Assembly: GCA_963740315.1 (NCBI GenBank)
Contig: CAVUDP010000002.1
Coordinates: forward strand, 1,312,001 to 1,376,000
Length of the DNA: 64,000 bases
Source of the DNA: an uncultured cyanobacterium
GTDB taxonomy: Bacteria > Cyanobacteriota > Cyanobacteriia > Cyanobacteriales > Nostocaceae
Reading direction: 5' to 3'
In this document: piece after piece, positions 20,149-30,449 of the stretch
How the letters are laid out: the number at the start of each line of letters is the position of its first letter
Position numbering within the stretch: the first letter of the stretch is position 1
Notes under the pieces: generated by a model
Databases searched by the model: none
What the model was told of the DNA's origin: nothing
Seen by the model: only the letters and a program-made list of their open reading frames with translations
Made by a program: the position numbers and the translations under genes

Positions 20149-21579
20149 TTAACTGTTTTTCCGTCTTTCTTCGAGTTTAAGTAACATTTCGGCGTGCATT
20201 TCGCGGGTGATGGGATAAAAATAGGTTAAAAATAATCCGCAAATTAAACATATTATGGGAATGGGACCTACGGCGATACGGATGGCTGATAGTGCTGCAT
20301 CTGGCTGTATTGGTAATTCAGTTTGTCCGGGAATGTTTTCCTGAAAACCCGAAGTTTGTAAAGCAATTCCGACTAAGAATAAACCAAAAGCTAAACCGAA
20401 TTTTTGCAGTAGTACCATGAAGCCGTAAAATAATCCTTCGCGACGTTGCCCGGTTTGTAGTTCGTCTAGTTCGATTACATCAGGCATCATTGACCAAGGT
20501 ACCAAATAAGCTACCGATACTCCAGCGCCTGCCAATACCGCTAAAACGTACATTAAACCAATTTGACCGGGCTGTAAAAAGAATAATCCCGTAGCTGCAA
20601 TGATCCATAAAAACATTCCCATAAAGTAAACGGCTTTTTTCCCCACTCGTTTACTTAATAAACCCCAAACAAACAGCATTAATAAAGCGGTTCCCTGTAC
20701 CCCAATCATCACAGTGGGTACGTCTGATTCCTTCAGTTTCATGCAGTAGATAACAAAGTAAGGAATTACGCTAGCGGTTATTTGTACCCCCAACCAGGAA
20801 AAAAGATATATACCAATTACGAATAAAAAAGGTTTATTATTAAAAACTATTTTTATTTGTTCGCCGATGGGAATGGATTCGCTTTCCTCGCTTTGATTAC
20901 GTTTCGCTTCAAAAGCCAAAATGCGATCGCGAGTTCCCCAGACGCACCAAAATAATCCTAAGACTGAAATTACCGCACAAACTGCTGCTAAAGCTAAATA
21001 CTGCTGTTGGCGATTATCAATAAGAGCAAATATCAGTCGTGCTAATAATAATGAAAGAATACTACCGCCAATAGAAAAAGCGAAGCGAATACTATTAAGA
21101 CTGGTTCGTTCGTCGTAATCTTGAGTTAATTCTGGAGTCATTGCCGTATAAGGCAAATTAACTACCGTAAAAAATACCTGAGATATCACCCCAATGATGA
21201 CGTAATACCAAAACAATCCCCAAACATTGGTAGTTGGGACAATCCACTGTAAAAAGAAGAAAATACCAAAAGGTATCGCACCATACAGCAACCAAGGAAG
21301 ACGACGACCCCAACGTTTAGATTCGGTTCTATCGGTCAAAACTCCTACAAATGGGTCATTTACAGCATCCCAAATCTTTCCCACCATCAAGATACTGCCA
21401 GCTAAACCCGCCGGAATACCGGCAACATTTGTAAAAAAAACTAACAGGAAGAATACGGAAATATTTGCAGTAATTGCCGGTCCCAAATCCCCCGCACCGT
21501 AAGCTAGCTTAGTTTTTAAGTCGAGTTTTTTATCTTTACCGATATCTTGGGGATAACCATCAGCCGCAGAATTGCTCAT
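20149..21579 (-). CDS. MFS glycoside-pentoside-hexuronide:cation symporter (MelB-like)
   Basis: KLAYGAGD, IWDAVNDPFVGVLTDRT..WGRRLPW, DERTSL and GQRREG; about 12 TM segments. Confidence 0.9.
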   Translation of the reverse strand: MSNSAADGYPQDIGKDKKLDLKTKLAYGAGDLGPAITANISVFFLLVFFTNVAGIPAGLAGSILMVGKIWDAVNDPFVGVLTDRTESKRWGRRLPWLLYGAIPFGIFFFLQWIVPTTNVWGLFWYYVIIGVISQVFFTVVNLPYTAMTPELTQDYDERTSLNSIRFAFSIGGSILSLLLARLIFALIDNRQQQYLALAAVCAVISVLGLFWCVWGTRDRILAFEAKRNQSEESESIPIGEQIKIVFNNKPFLFVIGIYLFSWLGVQITASVIPYFVIYCMKLKESDVPTVMIGVQGTALLMLFVWGLLSKRVGKKAVYFMGMFLWIIAATGLFFLQPGQIGLMYVLAVLAGAGVSVAYLVPWSMMPDVIELDELQTGQRREGLFYGFMVLLQKFGLAFGLFLVGIALQTSGFQENIPGQTELPIQPDAALSAIRIAVGPIPIICLICGLFLTYFYPITREMHAEMLLKLEERRKNS

Positions 21580-21644
21580 AATACCTACACTCGTATTACA
21601 ATAAAGAGTTTGGCATCTACTATTAGCGTATTATTATCTCCCTT

Positions 21645-22163
21645 ATGCCAGACCTTTATATCTCGTGGTCAGATTATCACCACAAAATAGAACAACTAGC
21701 TGCTCAAATTTATCAATCCGGCTGGGAATTCAACCAAATAGTCTGCCTTGCCAGGGGTGGACTGCGAGTAGGGGATATTATATCCCGTATATACCAGCAG
21801 CCGCTAGCAATATTAGCAACATCATCTTACAGCGGTGCGGGCAAGCAAGAAAGAGGGCTATTAACCTTTTCTCGACATTTAACTATGACTACTGAGGCGT
21901 TAGGTTCGCGAATCCTTTTAGTTGATGATTTAGTAGATTCAGGGGTTACGCTCGAAGAGACTATTCCTTGGCTAAAGAAAAATAGCGAAACTACCATCGA
22001 AGAAATTCGTACCGCCGTTATTTGGTATAAAGCCTGTTCGGAAATAGTTCCCCATTACTACACCGATTACCTACCTGATAACCCCTGGATTCATCAACCA
22101 TTTGAACATTATGAATTTATAAATCCAGCCGAGCTTGCGGAGAAGGTGAGTCAGCCTTGTTGA
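21645..22163 (+). CDS. Type I phosphoribosyltransferase (purine/Gpt-like)
   Basis: CLARGG and the PRPP-binding motif ILLVDDLVDSGVT. Confidence 0.9.
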   Translation: MPDLYISWSDYHHKIEQLAAQIYQSGWEFNQIVCLARGGLRVGDIISRIYQQPLAILATSSYSGAGKQERGLLTFSRHLTMTTEALGSRILLVDDLVDSGVTLEETIPWLKKNSETTIEEIRTAVIWYKACSEIVPHYYTDYLPDNPWIHQPFEHYEFINPAELAEKVSQPC

Positions 22164-22169
22164 TTTGAT

Positions 22170-22470
22170 TGGGAATTGGGATGGGGAAGAGGGGGAGATG
22201 GGGAGATGGGGAGATGGGGAGATGGGGAGATGGGGAGATGGGGAGATGGGGAGATGGGGTAGTTAAATAGCGAGCTTTCGGGCAATCACTACTCCTAACT
22301 CCTAACTCCTAACTCCTAACTCCTAACTCCTAACTGCTAACTATTAACTCCTAACTGCTAACTCTTAACTCCTAACTCCTAACTCCTCACTCCTAACTCC
22401 TCACTCCTAACTATTTCCAATTCCCAATTCCTAATCTAAAATCTAAAATCTAAAATCTAAAATCTAAAAT
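22170..22470. repeat. Composite STRR array (GGGGAGAT, TAACTCC, CTAAAAT) between convergent genes
   Basis: Tandem 7- and 8-mers seen directly. Confidence 0.9.
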
Positions 22471-23381
22471 AGTACGAGCCACATCGGAAGGGTTAGGAGC
22501 AATATCACTGTTCCTAATGCTATTGTGGTGACTGTTAAATCGCTGTCGAGATTGAAGGTTTCGGCAATGATTAAGGTGGAGAAGGCGGGAGGCATTGCGG
22601 TTTGCAGTAAAATTATTTTTGCTGGAATGCTGGTTAATCCTAAAACTTTTAAACTGATGCCTAAGATCAAGGGTACTAGTAACATTTTTATGCCGATCGC
22701 GATCGCACCAGAGGGTAGGTTGTGCCAAGAATTTATCTTGCTCAATCGCATTCCCATTAAAAGTAAAGATAAAACTATGACACTCCAAGCCAGTTTTTCT
22801 AAATAAAATTCTGCTAATTGGGGAATTTCTACTTGGCGAAACAGTAAGCCAAATCCGAAACTCCACAAAGCAGGATTGATTAATATTACTTTGGTACTCT
22901 GCCACAAATTGGTAGCCCTACCGCCAAAATGCCCTGCAAGTGCTACACCTAAGCCCCAAGTACCAAATAATGAACCCACTAGATCGTAAAATATTGCCCA
23001 GGCAAAATACTGAGTACCATATACTGCCAACACGATCGGATAGCCAAGAAAACCCGTATTTCCTACCATCGCCGATAAAATAAAACTTCCCTGTGTTGGC
23101 AGTTGAGGAACTGTATTTGTAAAATAAGCTTGGCATTTTATTCCTATCCAAGCAAAAAATGCTCCTAGTAAAATCGCTGCATAAGCAACTACGGGTGCAA
23201 TCCAAACTGTTAAAGATAAGTCGGCTTGCCGTAAAAAAGCGACAATTCCTATCGGTACTCCTATCCAAAACAGAAACTGTCCTAAGCGAGTTGGAACCGT
23301 ATTCGGGAGCATGCGTCCCAGCATAAATCCGATTAAGACCAATCCAAACAGCTTAAGGTATAGTTCTAAAAGGTTTATCAA
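22464..23381 (-). CDS. AEC (auxin efflux carrier/Mem_trans) family transporter
   Basis: GNTGFLGYP, INPALW and AMPPAF; about 10 TM segments. Confidence 0.88.
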   Translation of the reverse strand: MINLLELYLKLFGLVLIGFMLGRMLPNTVPTRLGQFLFWIGVPIGIVAFLRQADLSLTVWIAPVVAYAAILLGAFFAWIGIKCQAYFTNTVPQLPTQGSFILSAMVGNTGFLGYPIVLAVYGTQYFAWAIFYDLVGSLFGTWGLGVALAGHFGGRATNLWQSTKVILINPALWSFGFGLLFRQVEIPQLAEFYLEKLAWSVIVLSLLLMGMRLSKINSWHNLPSGAIAIGIKMLLVPLILGISLKVLGLTSIPAKIILLQTAMPPAFSTLIIAETFNLDSDLTVTTIALGTVILLLTLPMWLVLF

Positions 23382-23483
23382 GACAAGATCGGGAATTGCA
23401 TATGTAACCTATTATCTAACAGGTTTTTGTTTCTCCAGTCTACAATCTTTAATGATTACCGAACATTCATCAGGAGTTGAGCC

Positions 23484-24314
23484 TTGAATAATGAGTTTTC
23501 TGAAGAAGTACCAAACTCAACCCCCTCCGAAATTCGCGAAGATATTCCCCAAGCTTTGCGCGATACTCCTGATGCGGCTCCCAAATTAGGTTTACGCCCC
23601 TCGTTTTTGGCGATCGCCGGAGTTACGGGTTTTGTTCTGCTTGCTGCAATCAGTGGTTTGATTTTTTACCTTGCTGCACCTAAAAATACCGTCGAGTCGC
23701 AGCCACCTACTACTACAGCTTCTCCCGATACACAAGAGCGCGATTCTGTCAACAAAGAAAAAAATAATGCACTTTTGGGTCATCTAGAATACAAACAAGC
23801 TCCAGAATCGGAAATTGTAGCGGTTAATGCCAACGGAAAACGGATAAGATTGCGAGAATCTGCGGCTAAAAAGTTTGAGCAGATGGTGAATGATGCCCGA
23901 AAAGCCGGTATAAGGTTGGTACCAATTTCAGGATTTCGCTCCGTAAAAGAACAGGAACAGTTATTTTTTAAAGTAGGTGCCAAACGCAATCAAACACCAG
24001 CCGAAAGAGCATCAGTTAGCGCTCCTCCCGGACATAGCGAACATCACACGGGTTACGCTGTAGATGTTGGTGATGGTGCAGTACCCGCAACAAATCTGAA
24101 TACAAACTTTGAAAACACCCCAGCCTTTAAATGGATGCAAGCCAACGCAGCAAAGTACGGTTTTGAACTGTCATTTCCCAAAGATAATATACAAGGCGTG
24201 AGTTACGAACCTTGGCACTGGAGATTTGTTGGCGACAGGGATAGTTTGGAGACATTTTATAAAGCCAGGGATATCAAGCCAATTCCTACGCCGGAGAATT
24301 TACCTGGCGGTTGA
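23484..24314 (+). CDS. D-Ala-D-Ala carboxypeptidase, VanY/M15B family
   Basis: SGFRS, APPGHSEHHTGYAVD and YEPWHWRFVG; single TM anchor. Confidence 0.92.
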   Translation: MNNEFSEEVPNSTPSEIREDIPQALRDTPDAAPKLGLRPSFLAIAGVTGFVLLAAISGLIFYLAAPKNTVESQPPTTTASPDTQERDSVNKEKNNALLGHLEYKQAPESEIVAVNANGKRIRLRESAAKKFEQMVNDARKAGIRLVPISGFRSVKEQEQLFFKVGAKRNQTPAERASVSAPPGHSEHHTGYAVDVGDGAVPATNLNTNFENTPAFKWMQANAAKYGFELSFPKDNIQGVSYEPWHWRFVGDRDSLETFYKARDIKPIPTPENLPGG

Positions 24315-24465
24315 AACCGCAGCTACACAAACAAAACCCACCTGCGTGGGTTAAAAATCGTGTAGAGACGTAGCACTGCTACGTCTCTTTATTTATGAAG
24401 TAGGGTGTGTGACGCTTTGATAATTTTTGTTTGTAGTTATAAGTTAAATAGAGCCTCACGCACCA
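24303..24465. repeat. Cluster of short palindromic dispersed repeats
   Basis: GCGGTTGAAACCGC, AACCCACCTGCGTGGGTT, GTAGAGACGTAGCACTGCTACGTCTCT and GTAGGGTGTGTGA...TCACGCACC. Confidence 0.65.
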
Positions 24466-24592
24466 ATCAAAGTTTTGTGACAATAAATTAAGTTCGTATA
24501 ACGCCGGTAAATTAAGTAAAAACACCAGCATTCTTTTTGACAAATCGCTATTATTATTCACAAGTGCAAAATATGCCTTAATATAAGCGATT

Positions 24593-26188
24593 ATGAATCT
24601 CGAACCTGCAAGCGTTATTAATACAATTACTAGTTTTGCTGCTCCTCATGTAATTGATAAAGCTAAACGAAATGAAACTGTAATTAAAATCTTAAAAAAC
24701 TTAAAAATTGACCCAGCGCACCCTCCTGAAGATTTCTACGGAGTTTATGCTTATGCTTTGGTGGAATATGCTTTAGAGGAAGAAAATGTAAAAACCGAGC
24801 CAGTTCTCAATTTTTTCAGAGAGAAAGAGATTCGAGATGCTTTTTGGAAAGCTTTTAACGAAAATCCCTCAGACTTTATTAACAATGCAGAAAATTTTCT
24901 AGATTGGAATAAATTGGGGGATGATACACGCGAAGCACAAATTAACATCCGTCCAGAGATAGACAAATTTTATAAGCAATTTGTTAGCGTAGCCAAACGT
25001 ACTAGAAAACCTGGTGATGTTTTCCTAGATCCAAACTTTCGCAAACTTCCACAGCAGTCTCCCTATCCTGATGAATTTAAATCATTAATTGAAGAGAAAA
25101 TTAGATTATTCTACGGACGAGAATTCGTATTTAATACATTTAAGAAATTCTGCCAAGAAAATACAAAAGGTTATTTTACAGTAGTTGGAGATGCGGGAAT
25201 GGGTAAAAGTACCATTGCTGCAAAATACGTTAGCGAGAATCATTCACCTTGCTATTTCAATGTTATCGCTGAAGGACGCAATCGACCCGAACAGTTTGTT
25301 AATAGTATTCGTCAGCAGTTAATTGATAAATATAATTTGCAAAATGTAAAAGATGCGGATTTATCTACTTTACTTGTAAAAGTGAGTCAAAAACTATCTG
25401 AAAATAAACCTTTAATAATTATAGTTGATGCACTTGATGAAGTAGAACAAGAACCCAGTGCAGCTAATATTTTATATTTACCAGAAAATCTTCCAGAACG
25501 AGTTTATTTTTTCTTAACTAGACGACCTTATACCCAGGATAAAAAACGTTTACGTATATCTGTTCCATCCCAGGAATTGGATTTAAGCAAAACAGAGTAT
25601 CAGAAGTTGAATATAGAAGATATAAAAGGTTATATTCGCCTATTTATCAATTTCGACGAGCAGTATAAAGATGCTTTGAGAAAATGGATTGATGAGCGTA
25701 ATATCAATGCTGCACAATTTATTGAGCAAGTAGCAGAGAAAAGTGAAAATAATTTCATGTATCTGCGCTATGTGTTACCGGAAATTGCACGGGGCATATA
25801 GAATGATTTGACTTTACAGCAATTACCATCAGGGCTAGAAAATTATTATCAAACCCATTGGATAAGAATGGGAATGGATGATCGGAATAAACAATTGAAG
25901 GCAAAAATATTATTCGTTTTAGTTGAAGTTGTTACGGTAATTCCCTGTGAAATGATTGCTGAGATTCTCAAAGAAGATGAATATGAAGTCGAATCGGTTC
26001 TAGATGAATGGGTTGAATATTTGAAGCGGCAAAAAATTGAAGGAGAAACTTGTTACGGTATTTATCATAAAAGTTTTCTTGATTTTCTCAAAAGTAAACG
26101 CGCCCTGGATTCAACACGCAAGCTATTTAAGCAAGTTAATCAATCCATTGCTGATTATTACCTGGATGAGGAAAAAGACAATCTGTGA
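24593..26188 (+). pseudogene. STAND/NACHT-like P-loop NTPase with N-terminal helical domain, interrupted by one in-frame TAG at 25799-25801
   Basis: FYGREFVF, Walker A GDAGMGKS, Walker B IIIVDALDE, ENNFMYL. The frame continues after the TAG (GI*NDLTLQQLPSGLENYY...YHKSFLDFL) to 26188. Confidence 0.8.
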
Positions 26189-27165
26189 TGAAAACTGCTG
26201 TAAAAAGAGTAAAAACTCCTGCCTTTCAACGTGTTAGATTAAGCTGTATAGCCGATAATTTAGTTAAATCTGGTAATTTAGAAAGATATTACAATCTTCT
26301 AGCTGATTTTAATTTTATTTATGAAAAGATTAACTATCCAGGATTCGGTGTACAAGCCCTAATTGAAGATTACGATTTAATTGAGAAAAACTTAATTGAC
26401 GACCAAGAATTATTAAATCATCCAGAATATAACCCAGAAAAAATAAAAATATTAAAATTGATTCAAGGAGCTTTAAGACTTTCTGCTCATATTTTAAATC
26501 AAGATAAAACCCAGCTAGCAGGACAATTATTAGGAAGATTACTGTTTTTTGAAAATCCTCGGATTCAGCTTTTATTACAACAGATTAAAAATAGTAAAAG
26601 TTTTCCCTGGTTGCGACCCTTAATTGCCAGCTTAACTCCTCCTGGTGGAGGATTGTTACGTACTTTTACTGGTCATAATGACTGTGTTAATGCAGTAATA
26701 ATTAGTAGAGATGGCAAACGGCTTATTTCTGCTTCTAGTGACAAAACTCTTAAGCTATGGGATTTAGAAACTGGCTCAGAAACACGTACTTTCATCGGTC
26801 ATAGTGATTGGGTTAGAGCAGTAGCAATGAGTGCGGATGGCAAACGTTTTATTTCTGCTTCTGCTGACCAAACTCTGAAGCTATGGGATGTAGAAACTGG
26901 CTCAGAAATACGTACCTTTAGCGGTCATAGTTTCTGGGTTTTAGCAGTGGCGATAAGTGGGGATAACAAACGGGTTATTTCTGCTTCTGGTGACAAAACT
27001 CTGAAGCTATGGAATTTAGAAACTGGAGAAGTAATTGCTACTTTTAGTGGAGACGTTAGTATACTTTCTTGTGCTTTTACACCAGATGACTTAACAATTG
27101 TAGCGGGAGATACACTAGGAAGATTACATTTCCTAAGTCTAGAGGGAATGATTGATAACCTGTAA
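26188..27165 (+). CDS. Apaf-1-like helical domain plus WD40 repeat protein
   Basis: LLADFNFIYEKI..GVQALIEDY..LIQGALRLSAHIL..QLAGQLLGRL, then three GH..WD repeats and a terminal blade. TGATG stop/start overlap with the upstream gene. Confidence 0.88.
   Translation: MKTAVKRVKTPAFQRVRLSCIADNLVKSGNLERYYNLLADFNFIYEKINYPGFGVQALIEDYDLIEKNLIDDQELLNHPEYNPEKIKILKLIQGALRLSAHILNQDKTQLAGQLLGRLLFFENPRIQLLLQQIKNSKSFPWLRPLIASLTPPGGGLLRTFTGHNDCVNAVIISRDGKRLISASSDKTLKLWDLETGSETRTFIGHSDWVRAVAMSADGKRFISASADQTLKLWDVETGSEIRTFSGHSFWVLAVAISGDNKRVISASGDKTLKLWNLETGEVIATFSGDVSILSCAFTPDDLTIVAGDTLGRLHFLSLEGMIDNL
26662..27039 (+). repeat. Three 126-bp WD40-coding tandem repeats
   Basis: Units start at 26662, 26788 and 26914 and share ATTTCTGCTTCT...AAACTCT.AAGCTATGG..T.TAGAAACTGG. 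Confidence 0.92.
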
Positions 27166-27170
27166 TAACT

Positions 27171-28256
27171 ATGAATTCCCAACCCTTACCAATCACAACT
27201 AATAGCATCAGAATTCCACCAGAGTTTGCCCAAATCCTCCAGCAAAAAACCGCTAACTCTATTGCTAGAGAATTCGTATTCACCGCAATCAATAACTTCC
27301 TCAACCGCTACGACAGGGGTTATTTTACAATTGTCGGCTCACCCGGTAGCGGTAAAAGTACTATTCTCGCTAAATATATAACCGAAAACCCTGAAACTTT
27401 TTACTATAGCGCTATAGTTTCTACTAAAAATCGGGCTGATGAATTCCTCAAAACTATCAGTACTCAAGTAGAAGCTGTAAATGGAACTTCTCTACAAATC
27501 ATTCTCCAACAAATTAGCGACCAATTACAACCAAACCAAAGATTTATCATTGCGATCGATAGTTTAGATGCAATAGATTATTCCAGCCAAACCATAGGTT
27601 CAAATTTGTTTTATCTTCCCAGATATCTACCCAAAGGAATATATTTTCTCCTCGCTCGTCGTCCTTTTATAAAAGAAAAATCTGGTTTATTAATTGAAGC
27701 TCCCAGCCAATATTTCAATTTAAAAGATTATCCAGAAGAAAATCGTCAAGATATACAAACTTATATTCGGCAATATTTACAAGAATTATTACCTTCGTTC
27801 TCTGTTATTCAAGAAAGATTTAAAATCAATCAAGAAGCATTTATCAAGCAGCTAACTGACAGAAGCGAAAATAATTTTATGTATGTTAGCCAAATTTTAA
27901 CTGCTATCAAAACTGGCTTTTATTCAGAAAAATCATCGTTGACAGATATTTTGAATTCAACACCTTTACCCTCCGATTTAGAAGCATATTATCAACAGCA
28001 TTTACACAAGATGTTTTCAGCAAAACAAGCAGAAGCAAATTTAATTCCACAAGCTGTTTTAAATACATTAGTACTCTACTCAGGATTTATATCAATAGAA
28101 GATATTGCTCAAATAATTGATGCTGATGAATACGATGTTGAAGAAGTCTTAGAAAACTGGATTGAATTTCTTAATCTGTATGAAATTGATGGAGAAACAC
28201 GCTATAGCTTATATCATTCGAGCTTTCGCAACTGGCTTATTCAAACAAAAACATAA
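27171..28256 (+). CDS. Second STAND-like NTPase, paralog of 24593 without the N-terminal domain
   Basis: REFVF, GYFTIVGSPGSGKS, IAIDSLD, ENNFMY and YHSSFRNWL. Confidence 0.85.
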   Translation: MNSQPLPITTNSIRIPPEFAQILQQKTANSIAREFVFTAINNFLNRYDRGYFTIVGSPGSGKSTILAKYITENPETFYYSAIVSTKNRADEFLKTISTQVEAVNGTSLQIILQQISDQLQPNQRFIIAIDSLDAIDYSSQTIGSNLFYLPRYLPKGIYFLLARRPFIKEKSGLLIEAPSQYFNLKDYPEENRQDIQTYIRQYLQELLPSFSVIQERFKINQEAFIKQLTDRSENNFMYVSQILTAIKTGFYSEKSSLTDILNSTPLPSDLEAYYQQHLHKMFSAKQAEANLIPQAVLNTLVLYSGFISIEDIAQIIDADEYDVEEVLENWIEFLNLYEIDGETRYSLYHSSFRNWLIQTKT

Positions 28257-28258
28257 TA

Positions 28259-28822
28259 TTAATTCCCCAAAATCTCATCCACATCAATATTCACATCATC
28301 AAAAGCTTGAATCATTAAAATCTCACCCCTGCTAAATTTCTGTACTTTCTTATAAATACCATTTGCAGGTTCTATATAAACTTCTACACATTCCTCATTA
28401 ATATCAATCAACCAAACCTCTATTACACCTTCTTGGGCATAAAGAGGAATTTTTACTTCTCTGTCATATTTAATAGTAGTATCAGCTACTTCTATAACGA
28501 GCAAAACATCTTTTGGCTGCGGATGTGCTGATGCGTAAAAATCTTCACGAGGTTTCAATAAAACCACATCGGGTTGCGGCTCTGAAGTATCATCCAATCC
28601 TACGGGATTTTGAACGCTAATAATCACCTTATTACCTAATTTCCAAGCTAAAAAATTAGACAGACGATTTACACAAGCAGCATGTTTGGTTCCTATAGCA
28701 GCCATTTCAATTATTTCACCCCGAATCAATTCCACCCTGTCATCTTCATTTAGAATGCCAGATTCCGCCATTTTATGGAATTGTTCGACAGTAAATTTCC
28801 GTCTGAGCAATTGTACGGTCAT
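28259..28822 (-). CDS. Uma2 family PD-(D/E)XK endonuclease-like protein
   Basis: RVELIRGEI, SEPQPDV, LVIEVADTT..YDREVKIPLYA; start at ATG 28822. Confidence 0.92.
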   Translation of the reverse strand: MTVQLLRRKFTVEQFHKMAESGILNEDDRVELIRGEIIEMAAIGTKHAACVNRLSNFLAWKLGNKVIISVQNPVGLDDTSEPQPDVVLLKPREDFYASAHPQPKDVLLVIEVADTTIKYDREVKIPLYAQEGVIEVWLIDINEECVEVYIEPANGIYKKVQKFSRGEILMIQAFDDVNIDVDEILGN

Positions 28823-28861
28823 TTCAATTTTAGATTTTAGATTTTGGATTATTTTTGCTAA

Positions 28862-28950
28862 CTGGTTCCTAGCCTCTGGCTGGGAACCCATAACCGGAGG
28901 CTCTGCCTCCAGTATAAATGAAAGGCAAAGCCTTCAAGAAATGCATTACA
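28862..28950 (+). repeat. Multi-hairpin dispersed repeat (second copy inverted at 60008-60118)
   Basis: CTGGTTCCTAGCCTCTGGCTGGGAAC..GAGGCTCTGCC..GGCAAAGCCT..AGAAATGCATT matches the reverse complement of 60008-60118. Confidence 0.75.
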
Positions 28951-29026
28951 AGCAAGGGTTTCTTGTAAGGAGAAATGGGATGCTGAAAACAGTTAACTGC
29001 TCACTGTTAACTGTTCACTGTAAAAA

Positions 29027-29099
29027 TGGAGCTAAGCGGATTCGAACCGCTGACTTCCTCAATGCCATTGAGGCGCTCTACCAACTGAGCTATAACCCC
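29027..29099 (-). tRNA. tRNA-Ala(GGC)
   Basis: GGGGTTATAGCTCAGTTGGTAGAGCGCCTCAATGGCATTGAGGAAGTCAGCGGTTCGAATCCGCTTAGCTCCA; cloverleaf, anticodon GGC, G3:U70 pair. Confidence 0.97.
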
Positions 29100-29211
29100 G
29101 CAAAATGCACCTTTTATGATGCCTTAATTACTAACTATTTGTCAATATATAAATTTGAAGATGTTTAACTAAATATAACAATTTAATTAATTATTTAGCA
29201 ATTAAAAAAAA

Positions 29212-29406
29212 TTATGATGAAGCTTGTAGCAAGTAGCTCATACAGTGCCCCATCAGGAAGTAAACTACCATCATCGCGGCGGCTGCTAGAGCAACCAACA
29301 TACCAGCCAACATCAACGAAAATTCTTTGTCTTCAACAGCCCTTTCCATTAAGTGTAAAGACCAAGCTACTAACGCTACATCAAAAACTAAAATAGGTAT
29401 CAACAT
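29212..29406 (-). CDS. Small two-TM hypothetical protein
   Basis: 64 aa, two hydrophobic helices, between hisF and the tRNA. Confidence 0.6.
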   Translation of the reverse strand: MLIPILVFDVALVAWSLHLMERAVEDKEFSLMLAGMLVALAAAAMMVVYFLMGHCMSYLLQASS

Positions 29407-29511
29407 ATTTCTTAATATATATTAATTATTGTTAATTTATATTAACATTGTTTCTAAGAACTGTGTTGAACTAATTTAGATAATGAAGAAGCTAAGATTC
29501 TTTTTATAAAG

Positions 29512-30279
29512 CTAATTTCGCACGGGGATTTTTCGCTCGTTTAAGTAATTTTTGATTTGCGCGACACTAAGCTGTCCGTAGTGCAAAAGCGATGCTAATA
29601 GTGCTGCTTCCGCTTGACCTTCAGTAACTGCGGTATATATATGTTGGCAATTTCCAGCGCCACCGGAGGCTATTACCGGGATATTTACAGAGTCTGCAAT
29701 TAACCTTGTTAATTGAATGTCATAACCGGCTTGAGTACCATCAGCATCCATACTTGTGACTAACAGTTCTCCCGCGCCTCGCTTTTCAACTTCTTTCGCC
29801 CAATGAAGGGCATCTAAACCAGTATTCTCACGTCCACCACGAACGTAAACATCCCAACCAGGGTTTTGTGTATCTAACCTTCGTTTCGCGTCTATAGCTA
29901 CAACTATACATTGATTACCGAAGCGTTCGCTGGCTCGATTAATAAAATCTGGGTTTCGTACTGCCGTAGAATTAATACTAACCTTATCTGCTCCAGCTCG
30001 TAACAGTTCTTTAACATTTTCTAAGGTTTGGATTCCACCACCGACAGTTAGAGGTATAAATACTTGTTCGGCGGTACGGTGAACTACGTCAATAATAGTG
30101 CCTCGGTCTTCATGAGTAGCTGTAATATCCAGAAACACTATTTCATCTGCACCAGCTTCGTCATACACCTTTGCTAATTCCACTGGATCGCCAGCGTCTT
30201 TGAGATCTACAAAGTTAACTCCTTTTACAACTCGTCCCGCCTTGACATCTAAGCACGGTAAAATTCTCTTAGCTAGCAT
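29512..30279 (-). CDS. hisF: Imidazole glycerol phosphate synthase cyclase subunit
   Basis: [39 protein letters not shown] and VIASGGAG. Confidence 0.98.
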   Translation of the reverse strand: MLAKRILPCLDVKAGRVVKGVNFVDLKDAGDPVELAKVYDEAGADEIVFLDITATHEDRGTIIDVVHRTAEQVFIPLTVGGGIQTLENVKELLRAGADKVSINSTAVRNPDFINRASERFGNQCIVVAIDAKRRLDTQNPGWDVYVRGGRENTGLDALHWAKEVEKRGAGELLVTSMDADGTQAGYDIQLTRLIADSVNIPVIASGGAGNCQHIYTAVTEGQAEAALLASLLHYGQLSVAQIKNYLNERKIPVRN

Positions 30280-30449
30280 GATTTACGAAAGCACTCCCAT
30301 CGTATTTATCCGGAATATAAATTTTAAAACTGACTCGCTTACTCGACAAAAAAATTTTGGCATCCGTGTTTTCTCACATGGAGTGCGGCGATCGATTCTG
30401 ATTCATTGCCTCAATTAAAACAAGCAAAAAAACTATCTATAAGCGGACT

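Noticed and set aside
24400..29099. tRNA-Ala-integrated island or prophage
   Set aside because: No integrase, and I saw no duplicate of the tRNA 3' end at the far boundary.
28686..29168. 160-aa plus-strand ORF
   Set aside because: It is antisense to Uma2 and tRNA-Ala and runs through a dispersed repeat.
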